From: Nitrospirota bacterium
Lineage (GTDB): Bacteria > JACPQY01
NCBI GenBank assembly: GCA_016180645.1
Contig: JACPAV010000027.1
Span: 1 to 57,046 of the forward strand
Length of the DNA: 57,046 bases
Direction of reading: 5' to 3'
Part shown: positions 54,951 through 57,046 of the stretch, piece after piece
Position numbering within the stretch: the stretch's first letter is position 1
How the letters are laid out: each line of letters opens with the position of its first letter
Position numbers and translations under genes: made by a program
The notes under the pieces: generated by a model
Database searches by the model: none
What the model was told of the DNA's origin: nothing
The model's input: only the letters and a program-made list of their open reading frames with translations

Positions 54951-56888
54951 TCACTGTGACCGGCCCATCTCGTGCACCATGTCAACGAGTGCCCTCACGT
55001 TATCCACCGGAGTCTGGGGCAGCACTCCGTGTCCGAGGTTGAAAATGTGCCCCGGCCGTCCTCCCGCCTGGCGCATGACTTCCTTCGTCTTCTTCCGGAT
55101 GGTCTCACGGTCCGCCAAGAGAACGAGCGGGTCCAGGTTTCCCTGTACGCCGATCGGGCCCACCCTCTTCCATCCATCGTCCAGCCGGACACGCCAGTCG
55201 AGCCCGATCACTTGTCCACCCGCATCGCGCATGAGTTCGAGGAGCGCCGCCGTGCCTGTGCCAAAATGGATGACGGGGGCAGCGGTGATGCGGGCCATGA
55301 GTCGCTTCATGTGCGGAAGAATATACTCTCGATAATCATCCGGTGACAAGCAGCCCACCCAGCTGTCGAAGATCTGCACCACCTGGGCGCCGGCCTCAAT
55401 CTGGGCGTTCACATAGGCCCCGGTCGCTTCCGTCACTTTCCCCATCAGGGCATTCCACGCGCCCGGGTCGCGATACATGAGCGACTTGGTATGAAGGTAG
55501 TCGCGCGAGGCCTTTCCCTCGATGAGGTACGAGACCACGGTAAACGGCGCCCCCGCAAATCCGATGAGAGGGATGTGGGGATGGAGTCCCGACCGGGCTT
55601 TCTTCACCGCTTCGCACACAAACACCATTTCCTTCGCGGGACTGAATTCCCGTATGGCATCCACATCCTCGGACGTCCGCACGGGGCGATGAATGACCGG
55701 TCCCTCGCCGCGGGCGAATTCCAGTCCGACGCCCATCGGCTCGACGATGAGAAGAATGTCCGAAAAAATGATGGCCGCGTCCACGCCCAACTTCTCCACG
55801 GCTTGAATCGTCACCTCGGCGGCCAGGTCGGGCGTCTTGCACAACTCCAAAAACTTCACCCGGCGGCGCATCTCCCGGTACTCCTTCATGTACCGGCCGG
55901 CCTGGCGCATGATCCAGATCGGCGTCGTTGGAGCGGCCTCGCACCGGCACGCCTTCATGAAAGGGCTGTCCTTCCACAACGCTGCATCCTGCACGAGCGG
56001 CCTTCGAACCGGTCGCGACTCCAGCCACTGATCCCTCTCGGCGGCCCCGCGGCGTTTCGCTTCCACAAGTGGGACGCATTTCTGAGCCACCTCGCGCACG
56101 AAGAGGCCGATCTTGCCCCGCTCCGCCTGGAGATCGATCGACAGCCCTCGCTCGCGAAGCGCGTCGGAAGTCACGGGGCCTATCGAAGCGATCACCACGC
56201 TCTCCAGCGATTCTCGCAGCGATTCTTCGAGCCCGTCCTCCGCTGCCACTTGCAGGAGATGCTCGACTTGCGCCGCATTCGTAAACAGCGCCACGTCCAT
56301 TTCATTCTCACAGATTTTCGAGACCACTTCGCGAAGCGCTGAACAATCCTCCGGAAGGGCCCAGCGGTACACCGGCACCCTCATGACGTGCGCCCCCCGT
56401 TTCTTGAGCTCGTCGAGCAGGTCCGAATTCGGAAGACCGTATTCCTGGACGGCCACCTTCTTCCCGTTCAGGTTTGTTCCGCGATCCACCTCGGCCAAAA
56501 TCTCCCGCCAAGTGTTCGGCTCGGGAGCCGCGATCGCCGGGGTCAGCCCCAATTCGCGCAACGCGGCAATGGGTTTGGGACCCCGGGCGATGAGAGTCGC
56601 TTTGGAAAGCGCTCCCACCATCTTGTCACGAGGGATTCGCTTCTCCAGAACCTGGACGAGCGTCCGCGTGCCCACGCCGGTCAGGAGGACTACGACGTCG
56701 ATCTTCCCCGCAAGGAGTCGATCGGCGAATTCAAACGCCGAGGAGTTGGCTTCGAGGGGGACTTCGCGCATTGAGGGAGCGACGAATGGGGCACCGCCGA
56801 AATTCCTGATGAGTTGCGTCATTTCGAACGCCATCCGGCTCTCGAATGCCGCGACTCTCTGGCCGGAGAACATCTCGGAATCTTTCAC
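54951..56888 (-). CDS. hemE: Uroporphyrinogen-III synthase / uroporphyrinogen decarboxylase fusion (HemD-HemE)
   Basis: N-half TGVG, ARGPKP, VYRW, SIGPVTS; C-half PIWIMRQAGRYMKEY, FSDIL, GAPFT, NLGHG. Confidence 0.92.
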   Translation of the reverse strand: MKDSEMFSGQRVAAFESRMAFEMTQLIRNFGGAPFVAPSMREVPLEANSSAFEFADRLLAGKIDVVVLLTGVGTRTLVQVLEKRIPRDKMVGALSKATLIARGPKPIAALRELGLTPAIAAPEPNTWREILAEVDRGTNLNGKKVAVQEYGLPNSDLLDELKKRGAHVMRVPVYRWALPEDCSALREVVSKICENEMDVALFTNAAQVEHLLQVAAEDGLEESLRESLESVVIASIGPVTSDALRERGLSIDLQAERGKIGLFVREVAQKCVPLVEAKRRGAAERDQWLESRPVRRPLVQDAALWKDSPFMKACRCEAAPTTPIWIMRQAGRYMKEYREMRRRVKFLELCKTPDLAAEVTIQAVEKLGVDAAIIFSDILLIVEPMGVGLEFARGEGPVIHRPVRTSEDVDAIREFSPAKEMVFVCEAVKKARSGLHPHIPLIGFAGAPFTVVSYLIEGKASRDYLHTKSLMYRDPGAWNALMGKVTEATGAYVNAQIEAGAQVVQIFDSWVGCLSPDDYREYILPHMKRLMARITAAPVIHFGTGTAALLELMRDAGGQVIGLDWRVRLDDGWKRVGPIGVQGNLDPLVLLADRETIRKKTKEVMRQAGGRPGHIFNLGHGVLPQTPVDNVRALVDMVHEMGRSQ

Positions 56889-56971
56889 CGGAAGCATCGT
56901 ACACTGCGCCAAGCTTGATTCGTAGCGACGGACTGGAGTGGCGAACTGGGTCTGGGGTCAGACATCGCTAT

Positions 56972-57046
56972 CTATGCTTTCTCAAGCTTCTCGATCTCCC
57001 GATGCTCCATCTTCCCCTCCGATAGCCCAGCCTCAAACCGATAGAG
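56972..57046 (-). CDS. 3' end of a CDS entering from beyond the window
   Basis: Open frame LYRFEAGLSEGKMEHREIEKLEKA then TAG. Confidence 0.4.
   Translation of the reverse strand, partial: LYRFEAGLSEGKMEHREIEKLEKA

Overview
GC-rich bacterial genomic DNA. Gene content (MYXO-CTERM-like sorting tail, TatP-type DctP proteins, ArsA-like ATPase pair) suggests an uncultured Deltaproteobacteria/Myxococcota-like lineage; this is an inference. Left to right: a repeat-rich, structured intergenic region; motBA; aconitase acnA; an MshEN-repeat/CheX protein and a CheY-like regulator; a 5'-truncated rplU plus rpmA; a lipase and ArsA-like ATPase pair; a ~12 kb minus-strand chemosensory operon (triple-REC adenylate cyclase, MCP, cheW, cheR, hybrid cheA, cheW, cheB) translationally coupled to amtB and a c-type heme DUF3365-like protein; assorted hydrolases; a TetR-controlled lipid-metabolism cluster with a frameshifted MaoC gene; an IS1182 remnant; a ~15 kb, 12-gene FadR-controlled catabolic operon; then a lipase-chaperone-like gene, an unlisted 52-aa membrane ORF, a second DctP, a beta-barrel protein and a hemD-hemE fusion. 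The catabolic operon is the best candidate for an undescribed system. It combines sugar-acid enzymes (LarA-type epimerase, SCP2-fused IlvD/Edd dehydratase, enolase-superfamily enzyme, DapA-like aldolase, MBL hydrolase) with lipid-handling proteins (FadL, tandem SRPBCC, TatP-like DctP) and a surface-anchored GH38-like glycosidase, suggesting catabolism of a lipid-linked polyol or glycolipid. Also notable: nested palindromic REP-like elements translated in frame inside AcnA and CheA, and several apparently leaderless genes. All calls come from motif recognition by eye; no searches were run.
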